Origin: Leucoraja erinacea
Lineage: Eukaryota
Length of the DNA stretch: 64,000 nucleotides
Direction of reading: 5' to 3'
Assembly: GCF_028641065.1 (NCBI RefSeq)
Contig: NC_073404.1
Span: forward strand, 12,338,001 to 12,402,000
Shown: positions 12,301 through 27,300 of the stretch, in pieces
How the letters are laid out: each line of letters begins with the position of its first letter
How positions within the stretch are numbered: the first letter of the stretch is position 1
Notes under the pieces: model-generated
What the model saw: only the letters and a program-made list of their open reading frames with translations
Databases searched by the model: none
Told to the model about the DNA's origin: nothing
Position numbers and translations under genes: made by a program

Positions 12301-15300
12301 AAGAAGTTAACAGTCAGCAGGGCAGCAGCAGTCCAGCCTCATCAACCAGTGCCAGAGACAAGGGACCAGCCCCACCGCGACGGTCTGGGTCGGTGAACCT
12401 AGGGGTTCAGACGACTGAGGGGTGATCTTATAAGATCCTAAGGGTGCTTGGCAGGTAGATGCCGAGATGTGTTCACCAGCGGGAGAGTCACGTTTAAGGG
12501 GATTTAGATACAAAATAGACAAGAACATGAGGTTGAAGGAAGACCAAGCAGAAGTATATAAGATCATGAAAGGCATAGATAATGTAGAATGTCAGAATCT
12601 TTTCCTCAATGGGAAATGAAATCTCAGAGTCTAGAGGCCATAGCGTTAAGGTGAAAGAGGCAACATTTTTTTTTTTTCCCCACACAGAGAGTCGTGGGTG
12701 CCTGGAATGCACTGCCAGGAGAGGTGGAGGCAGATACAATAGATATGTTTAAGAGACTTTTAGATAGGCACATAGATATGCAGGGAAAGGAGGGATATGG
12801 ATCACATGCAGACAGAGGAAATTAGTTTATCTTGGCGTCGTGTTCTGTATGTAATTTGTGAGCCCAAGGCATTCAGGCATTGTGCTTTTCTATGTTCTAT
12901 AAGGGCCATGGACAAAGAGAAAGCTCACAGTCTTTTCCCCAGAGTAGAGGATTCTAAAACTAGGGTTAAGGTGTGAGGGGGGAGATTTCAAAGGGAATTG
13001 AGGGGTAAACTTTTCACTCAGAAGGTAGTCCGTATCTGGAATCAGCTGTGAGAAGCAATAGAAATGGATACAATCACAACTTTCAAAATACATCCAGATA
13101 TGTGGATAGGAAAGGTTTAGCGAGATATGGGCGAATTACAGACTAATGGGTCCAGTCTAGAATTGCATCTTAATCAGCATACACATGTTGGGCCAAAGGG
13201 CTAGTTTACAATACAATTTTATTTATCCCAGGACGGAAATTGGTCTACCAACAGTCATAACTACACAAAAACTTACATGTAAAATGAAATTAAAGTGATG
13301 AGTGGAAATTCCAGGATTGGGGAGGTGCAATGATTGGGGAGGGTGGGGGGAGCCAGTCTATCCCACAACAGAAGAGGGAGGAGTTGTACAGCTTGAAAGC
13401 CACAGGGGAAAAAGGATCTCCTTTCTGTGCTGCATCTTAGTGGAACCAGTCTGTTGCTGAAGGTGCTCCTCCGGTTGACCAGTGTGTCATGGAGGGAGTG
13501 AGCTGTATTGTCCAAGATTTCCAGGCTGTTTTGGTCTATGACTGTAATAAGTTGATAATTTAAAACTGAGATGCTTAAGGCACAGAGGGAGGAGAATTTG
13601 TGGGATTCTATAATTCCCCCGAGGTTGGTGATGCAGGATATAGATGTGAAGATAGATGAATGTTTGCAAGATGGAGAACGTGTGGGTGATGAGGAACTGG
13701 CACAGACGAGCAGTTGAGGCCAACGTGAATCAGCCATGGACGCAATGAATGCGGGGGACAAGCAGTCTAATCCTGCTCCTAATTGCTTGTAGTTTTGTGA
13801 CGAGGAGCCCCCTCTAGACACTGCTGTACCGAGCAGTCAGTCAGGTAGCCACTTCCCCACTGAGCTAACCTTTGAAATTCAACTGGATGGTGATGGGAGG
13901 CAGGAAGGCATGCTGAATGGAGCGGTAAAGATCATCGAGCTTGTAGTGGAAATTCAACGACTTCAGGCTCCAGTGTAGATGCCTGTGAAAGGAGAACACA
14001 CAAATCAGATGAAGATGCTTGCGCTCACAGGAGACGCTACACCGTCAGGAAGTACAGGCGTCAAGAGCTTCCCAAGATAATCCACTTATCTAATTAAGTC
14101 TTGCTGCTGCTCGGGTGACACAGCTGTGTCTGCAGACCCACACTCAAGTGACAGGTCACGACCCGGACCATACTGGAGACATAAGCTTGAAATCCAGGGA
14201 GACCAGGCTGGTGCTGGGCACCAAGGGAGCGCCGCACCGTGGGAGGGTCGGTGAGGAAGCGCCGTGCTTTGCGAGGGGCGGTAAGGGAGCACTGTAATGT
14301 GGGGTGTGCAGTGGGGGAGCTGGGCACCGTGGGAAGGGCAGTGAGAGAGTGTCACACCATGTGGGGAGGGGGGTGAACGAGCACCATGCAGGGATGGTAA
14401 GGGAATGCACACTGTGGGTAGTATGAAATTTAGAGGGCCCCACTCTGTGGTCAGTGCAATATTGAATTGACCACACTGGTGCTGTTTTGAACAATATATT
14501 AGACTCATTTGAGTTAGAACCAGAAAGTTCCTACCAGCGACCTGGGCCAATATTTATCCCTGAAACAGACTACGGGGTAATTAACACACTGCTGCTTCTG
14601 GGAGCTGCCTGTGTGCTCTGACTACATTTCCAACAGTGACTAAACTTCAGGGAGGTCTCTGCCTGGGAGCTCCGATCAGAGGGTGCTGCACTGCAGCGGG
14701 CAGTATGTCTGTACCTCTGCTGGCTGTTTAATGACAGCGTGACGTTCATGTTCTCCATCTGCACCGTAACTGTCTGCGGCAGGTATTTCATGAAGGCAGG
14801 CCTGTAAGCCAGGGCATCCTCCTCTCTGTCATCTTCTGTAGAGAAACCAGTTAACAGCACGTCAGATAGAGACACACGGGACCGCACAGACTGGAATCCA
14901 AAGCATGCTCAGAAGGTCGAGAGGTATCCATGGAGGCAAAGACGTGGGTTGAAACCCTACATCGGGACTGTGAGTGTGGATAGGAGATAGCCGGCATTAA
15001 ATGATGAGGGGGCAGGGGGAAGACTGGAGGTGGCATGCAATAGGTGGATCCACGTACGGTCGGTTGATGGGCAGATGGAGTCAGGTTGGGGAAGGAGGGA
15101 GGATGGAGATAGTGACAGAGGCTGGGAGGTGATCAGTAGAAACTACAGTCTCCACTGGCCGTCGTGGCTGAGTGGTTAAGGCGAAGGACTAGAAATCCAT
15201 TGGGGTTTCCCCGGCAGGTTCAAATCTTGCCAACAACGAGACCAGCAGGTTGCCCGAAATAAACGGTGTTGTGTATATATCTTTTTCATTAAAAAAAGGC

Positions 15301-18300
15301 GGCAGATGATAGAGCTGACATTATGTCAGGTTGTGAGAGGCTGCAATCAATGTGGAGATCTCCTGCACAAACACTAATTCACGCTCACATTAAAGATACA
15401 GCCAATAGAGTCACACAGCACGGAAACAGGCCCTTCAGCCCAAATCACCCATGCTGACCAAGATGCCCCATCTACACCTGTCCCACATGCCCGTATTTGG
15501 TCCATATCCCTTTAAACCTCTCCTATTCATGTATCTGTCCAAATGACTTTTAAATAGTACCTGGCTCAGCTGACCAGTCCCTGTGCCCCTCGCCCTCTGA
15601 GCCACTGAACTGCCAATTACTGTTGCTGCCAGGAGTAGAGAGTGTTAGCTGCAAGGAGAGGTTGGACAAACTTGGATTGTTTTCTCTCGAGACTCAGAGG
15701 TTGAGGGGATACATAATAGAAGTATATGAAATTATGAGAGGCATGGATAAGGTAGTCAAAATCTTTTTCCCAAAGTGGAAATGTGAACCAGAGACCATAG
15801 CTTTCAGGTGAAAGGGCCAAAGCTTAAAGGAGATGTATGGGATGGTGTTGTTTTACAGAGTGGTGGGTGTCTGCAAACACACTCCCCTTTGGTGCTGGTG
15901 GAGGCAGATACGATAGAGGCGTTTCAGAGGCTTTAAGACAGGCACATGGATATGCAGTGAATAGAGGGATATGGATCATGTGCAGGCAGGGGAGATTAGT
16001 TGGCATGGACAACCTGGGCCGAAGGGCCTGTTCCTGTGCTGTTCTGTTCAACACAGAACCTGAAGCGGAGACCCGATGGTTTAGGCCCACGTTGCTGCTT
16101 AACGCTGCCCCCACGCCTCCCATCCCACCGCGCCGCAGTTCCATGGCTGCTAGCTCCCTCTCACCTTCCACATCGGTGCTGGGCCCTTGCTGCACTAGGT
16201 CAGTCTCACTCTGCAGCACCTTGGGCTGCGAAAGTGTGGTCTGGAGCAGGTGCGAGGTGAAGAATCCCTCGTGGAGCTCGGTCTTCAGCCCATCGATGGT
16301 CAGCTCCGTGTTGAGGGCCTTCAGGTTGGCCAGGTTGATGACCACAGTCACCGCCAGGCTCAGTGACGCGTCCGCCAGGCAGAAATCCTCCTGCCGGGCA
16401 CAGTCACAATGAGGAACACTCTCCCTGGAATCACTGCAAAGACCATTCAGCCCATCAGGTCCAGCTGAAGCCCAGCAGAGCAATCCCATCAGTCCCGTCC
16501 TCCCTTTGTTTCTCTGTGACACTGCATTTCATCACTCTCACATGCCTGTCAATTCCCTCCAATCCTTTTGACCACCTGCCCGCACTGGGGATATTTTATA
16601 GCAATCAATTCACCACCAATCTGCACATCTTTGGGAGGGAGGAAAGGAGGCGTGGAGGGGGAAAGGAGGGAGAGAGGGAAAAAGGAGAGAGTGAGTGATG
16701 AATGGAGAGTAGGAGTGAGAAATGGAGAGAGGAGAGTGTGGGGAATGGATGGAGGGAGGAGGGAAGGAAAGCGATTGGAGTGAATTAAGTAAAAATGGAA
16801 TGGGAGAATGGAGGGGGGAGAAATGGAGGGAGGGAGAGAGTGATGAGAGAAATGGAGGGAGGGAGGAACAAAGGTAGGGTGGGAGGAATGGAGTGAGGAA
16901 AGTATGGGGAGAAAATAAAAGAATAGACTAAAAGAAAGAGATTAGAGGCAAATAGGAAAAATAGAAAAAGTGCTTAGGTAAATGGAAAAGAGATAGAGAC
17001 AGACAATTAACAGTGCGGGGGCCTCAGCTGGAAACCCCCGGTGTCAGTAACTCACCAGCTGGCTGCTCTTTATCCATTTGCTGGTCAATTTCCTCACACT
17101 GCCCTCACACTTGATGCTGTAAAACAGATGATTCCTCACTTTACTCACAAACCTTTTAGCTTCCCATACAGGCAAATAATTGCTCCTGACCCTCATCAAA
17201 AACCAGTTAGCTTTGCCAGGTGTTTGGGTGATGTAGACAGTGGCACAACAGGTGGTGCCACTGCCTCACAGCTCAGAGACCCAAGTTCGATCCTGACCTC
17301 AGGTCCTGCCTGGATTTCCTCCAAGTGCTGCCTCTGGGTGCTCCGGTTTCCCCCAACATCTTGTGACGTGCGCAGGTGTAGGGTGAATTGGCCGCTGTGA
17401 GTTGGCCACCCTGTTGGTCGAGGGTGGAATATGGGAGGAGTTGATGGTATGCTGGGAACATGAAGAGGGATTTGTGTACGATTATGGAAGTGAGTGTTTG
17501 AGGGTCAGAACAGATGGTGGGCCAAATGGCCTGTGTCCACATTGTGCGACTCTGACTCGCAAGCTCTTTGACATCACGCATACGCAAAAGTGCAGAGGAA
17601 ACCGTTACCTTCTGGCTATTAAATCAGGAGGAAGTGGGAGGCGATGTTTGAAGATGTCAATAGATAGATAGAATAGACAATAGGTGCAGGAGTAGGCCAT
17701 TCGACCCTTTGAGCCAGCACCGCCATTCACTGATCATCCAGATTCAGTACCCGTTCCAGCCTTCACACCATATCCCGACTCCGCTATCTTTAAGAGCCCT
17801 ATCTAACTCTCTCTTGAAAACATCCCGAGAATTGGCCTGAATTGGCAGAGAATTCCACAGGTTCTTAACTCTGGGTAAAAGAGTTTCTCCTCATCTCTGT
17901 TCTAAATTACCTACCCCTTATTCTTAAACTGTGGCCCCTGGTTCTGGACTCCTCCAACATCGGGAACACGTTTCCTGCCTCTAGCATGTCCAATCCCTGA
18001 ATAATCTTATATGTTTCAATTAGATTTACCTCTCATCCTTCTAAATTCCAGAGTATACAAGCCCAGCCGTTCCATTCTCTCAACATTTGGCAGTCCTGCC
18101 ATCCCAGGATGATTCTTCCATCTTCCAAATATTTATCCATCTCCATTTTAAATAATGTGTAGGAAAGAACTGCAGATGCTGGTTTAAATCGATGTCCTTC
18201 CACTGCTGGACATGGGGGGCAGGGTGTGGTGGAGACACCCCTCAAAAATAAGGGAAGGGATTCCATGCCAGTGAGCCACATGAGTGGCAAAGGTGGGGGA

Positions 18301-21300
18301 TAAATTTGTGTAATTTGTGTAAACAGTATTGAATGTATGTATAACCTCTGAGAATGTTGGATGGAGTCTTGTAAGGATCATGCATTGGATATATTTATTT
18401 CTCGAATAAAGTATATTTTGAAATTAAAAATAAATAAATGCAGGGACACACCAGTGCAGGGATGCATGCACACCCACTGTCAACTGTATGAATTCTATTA
18501 GGTCACGCGCCAGACAAGGATGGGCGACATTGTTGGGGCGGTCGGAATGCGTGATTTCCTGAGGCTCCCTCCTCCCCTGTCCAGTTCAGGAACTCATAGG
18601 CTGCCTTACACTCCCCACCCGCTGCCCCAGCGCAGCACAGTAATCCCCGGCCTGGCGCAGTCCCCTGCCCACTGACCCGCTCTGCCAACCGTCACGCACC
18701 TGCTGCCGTTACAGCAGAAGACAAACATGCAGCTCGAGACGGCCACATGCCACAGGGATTCCAGGATACCGGCATTCAGCACCATCACATTCATGGAGTA
18801 CACGTGGACTGTAAGCAGCTGGGGGGGGAGGGGAGGAGAGAGGGGAAAAAAATTGCTTTACACAGGGCAGTGGGTAGACCCGTCGACCCTTGCTCACCCC
18901 TCCTGTGCAGTGCTGCACCAGCCCCTCCCCTGTTGCTGGTGCTGACCGATCTCTGACGTCCCACGTCCCATTATGCGCCCCTTACCTGCGACACCAGGCG
19001 CAACATTGAGGGTTGGAGGGCCCAGTGCTTCTTCCCTGAGTTCTCCCTGGGAGCGGCTTCCGTTGCCTCTTGATCCGTAGCAGCAGCTTGCAAGTCCGCT
19101 TGCAAGCGGACCTCTCCCACACACAGGCCGAGGTAGTGACTGTAGCCAGGAATATCGGAGTTAGAGAATCTCCCACACAACTGATTTCAGCCTTTCTTTC
19201 CCCTCCCCAAGACAAATGTTGGGCTCACAACACAAGAAAATATCTGTGCCACGGTGGTGCAGCTGGTAGAGGCACTGCCTCTCAGTGCCAGAGAACTGGA
19301 TTTCGATCTGACCTCGGGTGTTGTCTGTGGGGAGTTTGCACATTCTCCCTGTAGGTTTCCTGCAGGTGTTCCAGTTTCCTTCCACATTCTAAAGACATGC
19401 GGACTTGTAGGTGAATTGGCCTCTGTAAATTGCCCCTAGTATGTAGGGAGTGGATGAGAAAGTGTGATAACATAGAACTAGTGTGAATGGTCAACGTGGA
19501 CTCGGTGGACCAGGAGACCTGTTTCTATGCTGTGTCTCTAAACTAAATTAAACAGTAGGCCACTCAGCCCCTCAAACCTGTTCCACCATTCAATATGACC
19601 ATGGCTGTTCCATGTTACTTTCAACTCCTCTTCTATGCCAGTTCCTCAGAACCCTTAATTCTTCCATCTTCCAAATATTTATCCATCACCACTTTAAATA
19701 GAACTGGATTCATAGCAGATGCTAGTTTAAATCGAAAGTAGACACAAAATGCTGGAGTAACTCAGCGGAACACATAATTGTTACACAATTGTCCCGCTGA
19801 GTTACTCCAGCTTTTTGTGTCCACTTTAATCTGGCCTCCACCCCCTCTTGGTCAAAGAGTTGCACGCTCTGAGAGAAGAATTTAACTATTTTTCCTTTCT
19901 TGAATAGTGACTACACACTTGTGATTTTCTAAACATCTAGGACCTCCCTAGCATCCAGGGAAGTTTTGTGGAAACTTGAAACAGACCCTTTGGCCCAACT
20001 CACACATGCCGAGCAAGATGTCTGCCCTAGTCCCATTTACTTACATTTGGCCCATCTCTCGCTAAACCTTTTTTATCCGCGTACCTGTTCAAATGTCTTT
20101 GTAATAGTAACCTCTACCACTTCCCGTGGCAGCTTATTCCATATACCCAGTACCTTCAGTGTGGAAAACATGCCACCGATCCCCTTCAAATCTTTCCCCT
20201 TGAATCAATGCGCTCGGAATCAACACTAACCTACCCTGGAGAAAAATCTGTGATCATCCACCTTATCTCTGCCCTCCTTTTTAATAAAGTTTATTTAAAG
20301 CCTCAGCCTCCTTTGCTCCAAGGAAAACAACCCCAGCCTATCCAATTTTTCCTCATAACTCAAGCCCTCAAATCCCAGCATCATCCTTGTGGATCTTTTC
20401 TTCCTGTAGTATGGCGACCAGAACTGCAGATTGCGGATGCTGCACTGCATAACTCCAGCAGTTAGCTTGTTGCTCCAGATTCCAGCAGTCTCAAGTGTCG
20501 TTTCTGAACTGGTATCCACAAGCCTGGACCACTGATGTGGTGACACAAGCTCAAATCTCACCACAGCAACTGGGAACTCCGGGATACTCCCAGTGATCAA
20601 AACATATACCGCCAGACTCAGGAACAGCTTCTTCACTTCTGCATCAGACGTCTGAACAGTCCTTCCATAAAGTAGGGTATGAACTTTATCTCTGGAACTG
20701 CTACTCCACAGTGCGGACGGCTACCTTCACTCTGCATCTTTCTCTTCACTCTACCTGTTGTACTTGTCTTTGACGTCATTGTATTTATGTATAGCATTAT
20801 CATATTTGATTGGATAGCGCACAAGCTAACGCGTTTCACTGCGCCTCTGTACATGACAATAATGAACCCGTGAACCCTCTGAACTGTTGTAAAAACCCAC
20901 GAATATCCATCAGTGAAGGGAATCTGCCATCCTTAGACTTTATGGTGACTCCAGACCGATCACCTTTGCTGTCCCGAGACAGTCTGGCCAACCTGTGGCG
21001 TTCAGGGGCAATGCGATGCCTACCCTGTTCATGATGTTTGTATCCAGAGGTGGAAACTGTGGCTGGAGGATGTGTGGAATGGTAGAACACTTACGGTAAC
21101 TCATGGTTCAGCAGCTTACAGGAGAGCCAGATTCTGTCCACTTCCTGCAAGAAAGTACAGAGCTATAATTGACGGAGCAAGAAACACCGAGGCTCTACGA
21201 TGCAGGGTGCTGTTACACAACATGGGATGTGCATAAGACGTGCAGGGGTATGTTACACACACTTGGGGTGTGCAGGAGTGTGTTACACAACAGGGGACAT

Positions 21301-24300
21301 GCAGGAGTGTGTTACACAAGCAGAGAATATGCAGGAGTGTGTTACACAAGCGGTGGTTTACCGATTGCAAGATATCTCCCTCCACGATCCAGCTTTCGTA
21401 TGGTGCCGGAGAGGTGACAGAGTGCCGCTGATCCTCAGTGCTGGACACAGCCAGAGGCCCTACAGAGCCGCACATCGTCCCGGCAGCACCACCCCACAAA
21501 CCATGAGATTAGCTCTTGGGCACAGAGATCCACCACCCTCGCGGCCAGTGCCCACATTTACACTCACACTCCGGGACAGGGCTCACACTCACCACAGTCC
21601 ACGGAGCACAGATGTTGATGCTGATGTTGTGGAGCGAGAGGAAGCCCACGGAGCCGATCTTGAGGTCGAGGTGCAGCCAGTTGTGGATGAGATGAGTGAC
21701 GATGCGGGACAGCAGCCACCTGCATGGGGAGCAACACGGTCAGCAGAGCTGTTGATTTCATTGTTCTATCTGGGACATATGACAATAAAACACTCTTGAC
21801 TCTTGACACAGCTCCTGGCATCATGCAACACTGGGGTACAGTACTGGTAGGGACGGGTCTGTCACGGCATAACGGGGTACAATAGACAATAGGTGCAGGA
21901 GTAGGTCATTCGGCCCTTCGAGCCATTCAATGTGATCATGGCTGATCATCCCCAATCAGTACCCCATTCCTGCCTTCTCCCCATATCCTGTGACTCCGCT
22001 ATTTTTAAGAGCCCTATCTAGCTCTCTCTTGAAAGTATCCAGAGAACCGGCCTCCACCGCACTTCGAGGCAGAGAATTCTACAGACTCACAACTCTCTGT
22101 GAGAAAAAGTGTTTCCTCGACTCCGTTCTAAATGGCTTACCCCTTATTCTTAAACTGTGGCCCCTGGTTCTGGACTCCCCCAACATCGGGAACATGTTTC
22201 CTGCTCTTATATGTTTCAATAAGATCTCCTCTCATCCTTCTAAACTCCAGAGTATACAAGCCCAGCCGTTCCATTCTCTCAGCATATGACAGTCCCGCCA
22301 TCCCGGGAATTAATCTTGTAAACCTACGCTGCACTCCCTCAATAGCAAGAATGTCCTTCCTCAAATTAGGGGATCAAAACTGCACACAATACTCCAGGTG
22401 TGGTCTCACTAGGGCCCTGTACAACTGCAGGTGGACCTCTTTGCTCCTATACTCAACTCCTCGTGTTATGAAGGCCAACATGCCATTCACTTTCTTCACT
22501 GCCTGCTGTACTTGCATGCTTACTTTCATTGACTGATGCACAAGGGCCCCCCAGATCTCGTTGTACTTCCCCTTTTTTTCCAACTTGACACCATTTAGAT
22601 AATAATCTGCTTTCCTGTTTTTGCTACCAAAGTGGATAACCTCACATTTATCCACATTAAACTGCATCTGCCATGCATCTGCCCAGTCACCAAACCTGTC
22701 CAAGTCACCCTGCATTCTCATAGCATCCTCCTCACAGTTCACACTGTCACCCAGCTTTGTGTCTTTTGCAAATTTGCTAATGTTACTTCGAATCCCTTCA
22801 TCTAAATCATTGATGTACATTTTAAATAGCTGCAGTCCCAGCACCGAGCCTTGTGGTACCCCACTAGTCACTGCCTGCCATTCTGAAAGGGACCCATTAA
22901 TCCCTAATCTTTGTTTCCTGTCTGCCAACCAATTTTCTATCCATGTCAGTATTGGTGGGGACGGAGGCAGTGGGCAGAGGGTGGATTCTGGTCTCCTTCC
23001 CGACACAGGGGAGTTGTTACACAGCAGACAGCAAATCTTTTGAATTAGACTGTCAACCAAAGCTCTGTGCACCCTCTCAGCTGAATATAAATCCTTTCAT
23101 AATAAGTGTCTGGTGAACCAATATAACTCTTGACCAAGATTATTGGGAGATAATCTGCTCATTATCCAGGTATGTTTGTGGGGATTTGTTCTGCACAGAT
23201 CGAGACTGGTCTCTACAGGACAACAAAAACATTTCTGTTTGAGGAGAGTTGTGACAGGTTCTACTGAGGTGCGAGTCTTAGCACTGCAGGATGTTGCTGT
23301 TAATCCCAGCCAGAATGTTGATGGATAGGTTACAACAGTGAGTGTCTCTATCATTTGGGCCTCCGCCTGCCAAAGCTTGGCGCGCAGCAGATCACTGTGC
23401 ATGCAGACCAGCCAAGGAGCCTGGCCGATTCCTGCCGAAGGTAGAGACAAAAAGCTGGAGTAACTCAGCGAGAGAGGCAGCATCCCTGGAGAGAAGGAAT
23501 GGGTGACGTTTCGGGTCGAGACGTGGGTAACAGTCAGAGTTAGCCATGGGAAACTGACTCGACATTCACCCCAAGATTAAACTGGGGGTTTAACCTCTCC
23601 TATCAATTACCTGCTGGCTGTGAGATCATCCGGCCCAAGATTCTTGTGATGCCAATGAAGACCATCAGAATGCATTACGGTCACATTTGATTAGAAAGTT
23701 GCTCAAAGATGCAACTGACTGTTTGACCGCCATTCCTGAAGTCAACGTAAGACCCTGCCTACTGGGTAATTACTACCACAACAATTTCAGGCTTTAGCTA
23801 TCTTTCAAACTACAACTCACTCTCTCTCTTCCCAAACCACAGGAAATTGCAGACTTGTGAATGCAGCCCAGTGTATCAAGCAAACCATCCCTCTTTCCCC
23901 CACCCACCAACTCCATCTGCACCAAGCTGCCTCGTGAAAGCAGACAACATATTCAAGCACCACTTACACTTGGTTATTCACTCTTCTCCCCTCTCCTGTT
24001 GGGCAGAAGATACAAAAACTTGAAAGCACGTTCAATCAGTCTGACAACCGCTTCTTGCCCCCACTGTTACCAAACTCTGAAGTGCCATCTCGGGCCCTCA
24101 TAGCCCCCCAATAATATTGCAATCTCAGTCACCGAAGCCGAAATCAGAAGATCCTTCAGGAGGATGAGCCCATGGAAAGCATCTGGACCTGATGGTGTGC
24201 CTCGTTGCATACTCAAAACCTGCGCAGATCAACTGGCTGGAGTTTTTGCGGATATCTTTAACTTCTCATTACTGACATGTGAGGTTCCCACCTGATTTAA

Positions 24301-27300
24301 AAGGACATCAATAATACCGGTGCCCAAGAAGAGGAAGGTGACGTGCCTCAACGACTACCGATTGGTGGCACTAACATCCGTGATGAAGAAGTGCTCTGAG
24401 AGGTTGGTTATGGAGAATATAATCTTCTACCTTAGCAAGAATCTGGACCTACTACAATTTGCTTACCACAATAGATTAATGGCAAATGCAATCTTGCTAG
24501 CTCTCCACTCTGCACTGGATCACTTGGACAATAAAAACACATACATCACACCATTATTCATTGACTACAGGTCAACGTTCAACACCATCATCCCCTCAAA
24601 AAATTGTTACCAACATCCAGGAGCTGGATCTCTGAACATCCTTTTGCAAATTGATCCTCAACTTCCTCATCAACAGATCACAATCGGTATGAATTGGCAA
24701 CAACACTTCAGCCTCGATAACCATCAGTACAGGGCACCTCAAGTCTGCGTGCTCAGCTCCCTTCTCTACTCTATACACATAACGGTGTAGCCAGACAGTT
24801 TCATCTTTAAATTCGCCAATGACACCACCGTTGTTGGACAAATTACGAGTAATGATGAGTCAGTGTATAGGTGGAAGATCGATCGTCTGATTGAATGGTG
24901 CCAGTACAACGACCTGTATCTCAATGCCAGTAAAACACAAGGAACTGATTGCTCACTTTAGAAGAGGAAGGTCGAGGATTCAGTCTTGTCTTCATCAAAG
25001 GGTTAGCGGTAGAGAGAGTCAACAACTTCAAGTTCCTGAGGTAACTCAGCATCTCTGGAGAGAAGGAATGGCGATGTTTCAGGTTGAGACCCTTCTTCAG
25101 AGTGATGTTAGGGGAGGGGGGAGGGGGCAATAGACAATAGGTGCATGAGTAGACCATTCAATGTGATCATGGCGGGACAAAGAAGAATGTACTCGGACAG
25201 AGTAAGACTAGTGGGAGAACGGGGAAGGGGATGGAGAGAGCAAGCAAGGGCTATCTGAAGTTAAAGAAGTCAATGTTCATACCGCTGGGGTGTAAACTAT
25301 CCAAGCAAAATATGAGGTGCTGTTCCTCCAATTTACGCTGGGCCTCACTCTGACAATGGAGGAGTCCAAGGACAGAAAGACACAAAATACTGGAGTAATT
25401 TAGCGGATCAGGCAGCATCTCTGGAGAGAAGGAATGGGCTACGTTTCAAGTTCCTGGGTGTGCACATCTAGGAAGATCTGTCCTGGACCCAGCACATTGA
25501 TGCAATCAGAAAAATAGCTCATCAATGCCCCAACATCCTTAGAAGACTACAACATTTGATATGTTGACAATTACATTCTTGAACTTCTACAAGTACACAG
25601 TCTAGAGCATGTAGAAATATAGAAAATAGGTGCAGCAGTAGGCCATTCGGCCCTTCGAGCCTGCACCGCCATTCAATATGATCATGGCTGATCATCCAAC
25701 TCAGTATCCTGTACCTGCCCACTCTCCATACCCCCTGATCCCTTTAGCCACAAGGGCCACATCTAACTCCCTCTTAAATATAGCCAATGAACCGGCCTCA
25801 ACTACCTTCTGTGGCAGACAATTCCAGAGATTCACCACTCTCTGTGTGAAAAATGTTTTCCTCATCTTGGTCCTAAAAGATTTCCCCCTTATCCTTAAAC
25901 TGTGACCCCTTGTTCTGGAACTGTGACCCCTTGTTCTGGAGTCATTGACTGGATGCATCACGACCTGGTTCAGCAACTCCAATGCCCAAGAACGAAGGAG
26001 ATTACAAAAAGGTGTGAACACTGCCCGGTGTATCACTGGTACCGACCTCCCCACCATTAAAAATAATCAGAAGGCGCTGCCCTGAAAAAGCAGCCAACAT
26101 CATCAAGGACCCACATCACCCTGGCCATGGTCTCATTTCAATCCTGGCATTACGAAAAAGGTATAGGAGTCAGAACACCGTGATCTCCAGGTTCAGGAAC
26201 AGCTTCATCCCAACACCCATCAGGCTATTGAACACGACAAAAAACAACTAATCTTCAAACTATGAACCGTCTTTGTTGCACTAGGACTTTGTGCTTTTGG
26301 TTTGTTTTGCATTATATCGAGTCTTTTTATTCATTGAACCTTTTTTTGCTTGTTTATTATATTATCTATTGAGTACTGTGTTTACAAATCTGGTGTGAAT
26401 TTCATTCTTCAAGGAGCATTTCGGTACATATTTCAGTATTTTGGTATATATCTTAATTAAAAATTCTTGACCACTCATACCCAAGGGATGAGTTCACGAT
26501 CTTCCTTATTCAGCCCTTATATATATTTTTAAATCGGCACTTAATCTGCAGCGATAACACTATATATGCTGCACTTTACTTATTTTTTCTTTTGCACTAC
26601 CTGATACACTCATGTATGGCATAATCTGCCTGGATACAATGCAAAGCAAAGTTATTCACTGCACACATGAGACTGATGAACCAACCAACTCCGGCAACAA
26701 CAATGTGTATTTAAATCCAGTCACCTTGCAAAATATTCCAAGGCGCACCCAGACAAGTTATCAAACTAACATTGACATTAACTCAAGGACAGATGTCAAA
26801 TGATTGGTCACAAGATGCAATTTAAGGAGTGACTTGTCGGAGAGAGGTGATTGTATTAGAGAAGGGAGAGGCTGTAAAATGGAAGAATGCTGAGATCTCT
26901 GAGTTATTGGAAAGAGATGGTGCTATTGATGGATTTGTACACATGTATATAAAATTTAAAAGATTCTCCCAGTTCTCTCTCCCTCCCCACCTTGTTCTGC
27001 ACCATGTGGGATTCCCCAAATGCCCTAAATCATGCTTGAACCGTGACCGTGCGTTCAGAACCTACAGGAGTCATACAGAAACAGGCCCTTTGGGGCTCCA
27101 CGTCGATACATTACTAATCTTGATCAATCACATTAGGTGAAGAGCATTCTCTGCCTTGACAATTCAAGTACTTGGCGAGATGCTTGTGAGAGTCTCTGAC
27201 TCCACCATCTATGTAGGCATTGCCTTCCAGGCTCCAACCAACCTCGGTGTGATAAAACATCCCTCTCAGGTCCCCTAAATCCTCTAAACTATCATCTTAA

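Noticed and set aside
17600-17670. Possible BLTP2 exon with AG|GTAACG donor
   Set aside because: No BLTP2 similarity; the correct 61-nt exon 6 is at 17056-17116
21355-21410. Candidate BLTP2 exon 3 from ORF 21116-21499
   Set aside because: No similarity; the true exon 3 (EVDRIWLSCKLLNHELP) is at 21095-21144
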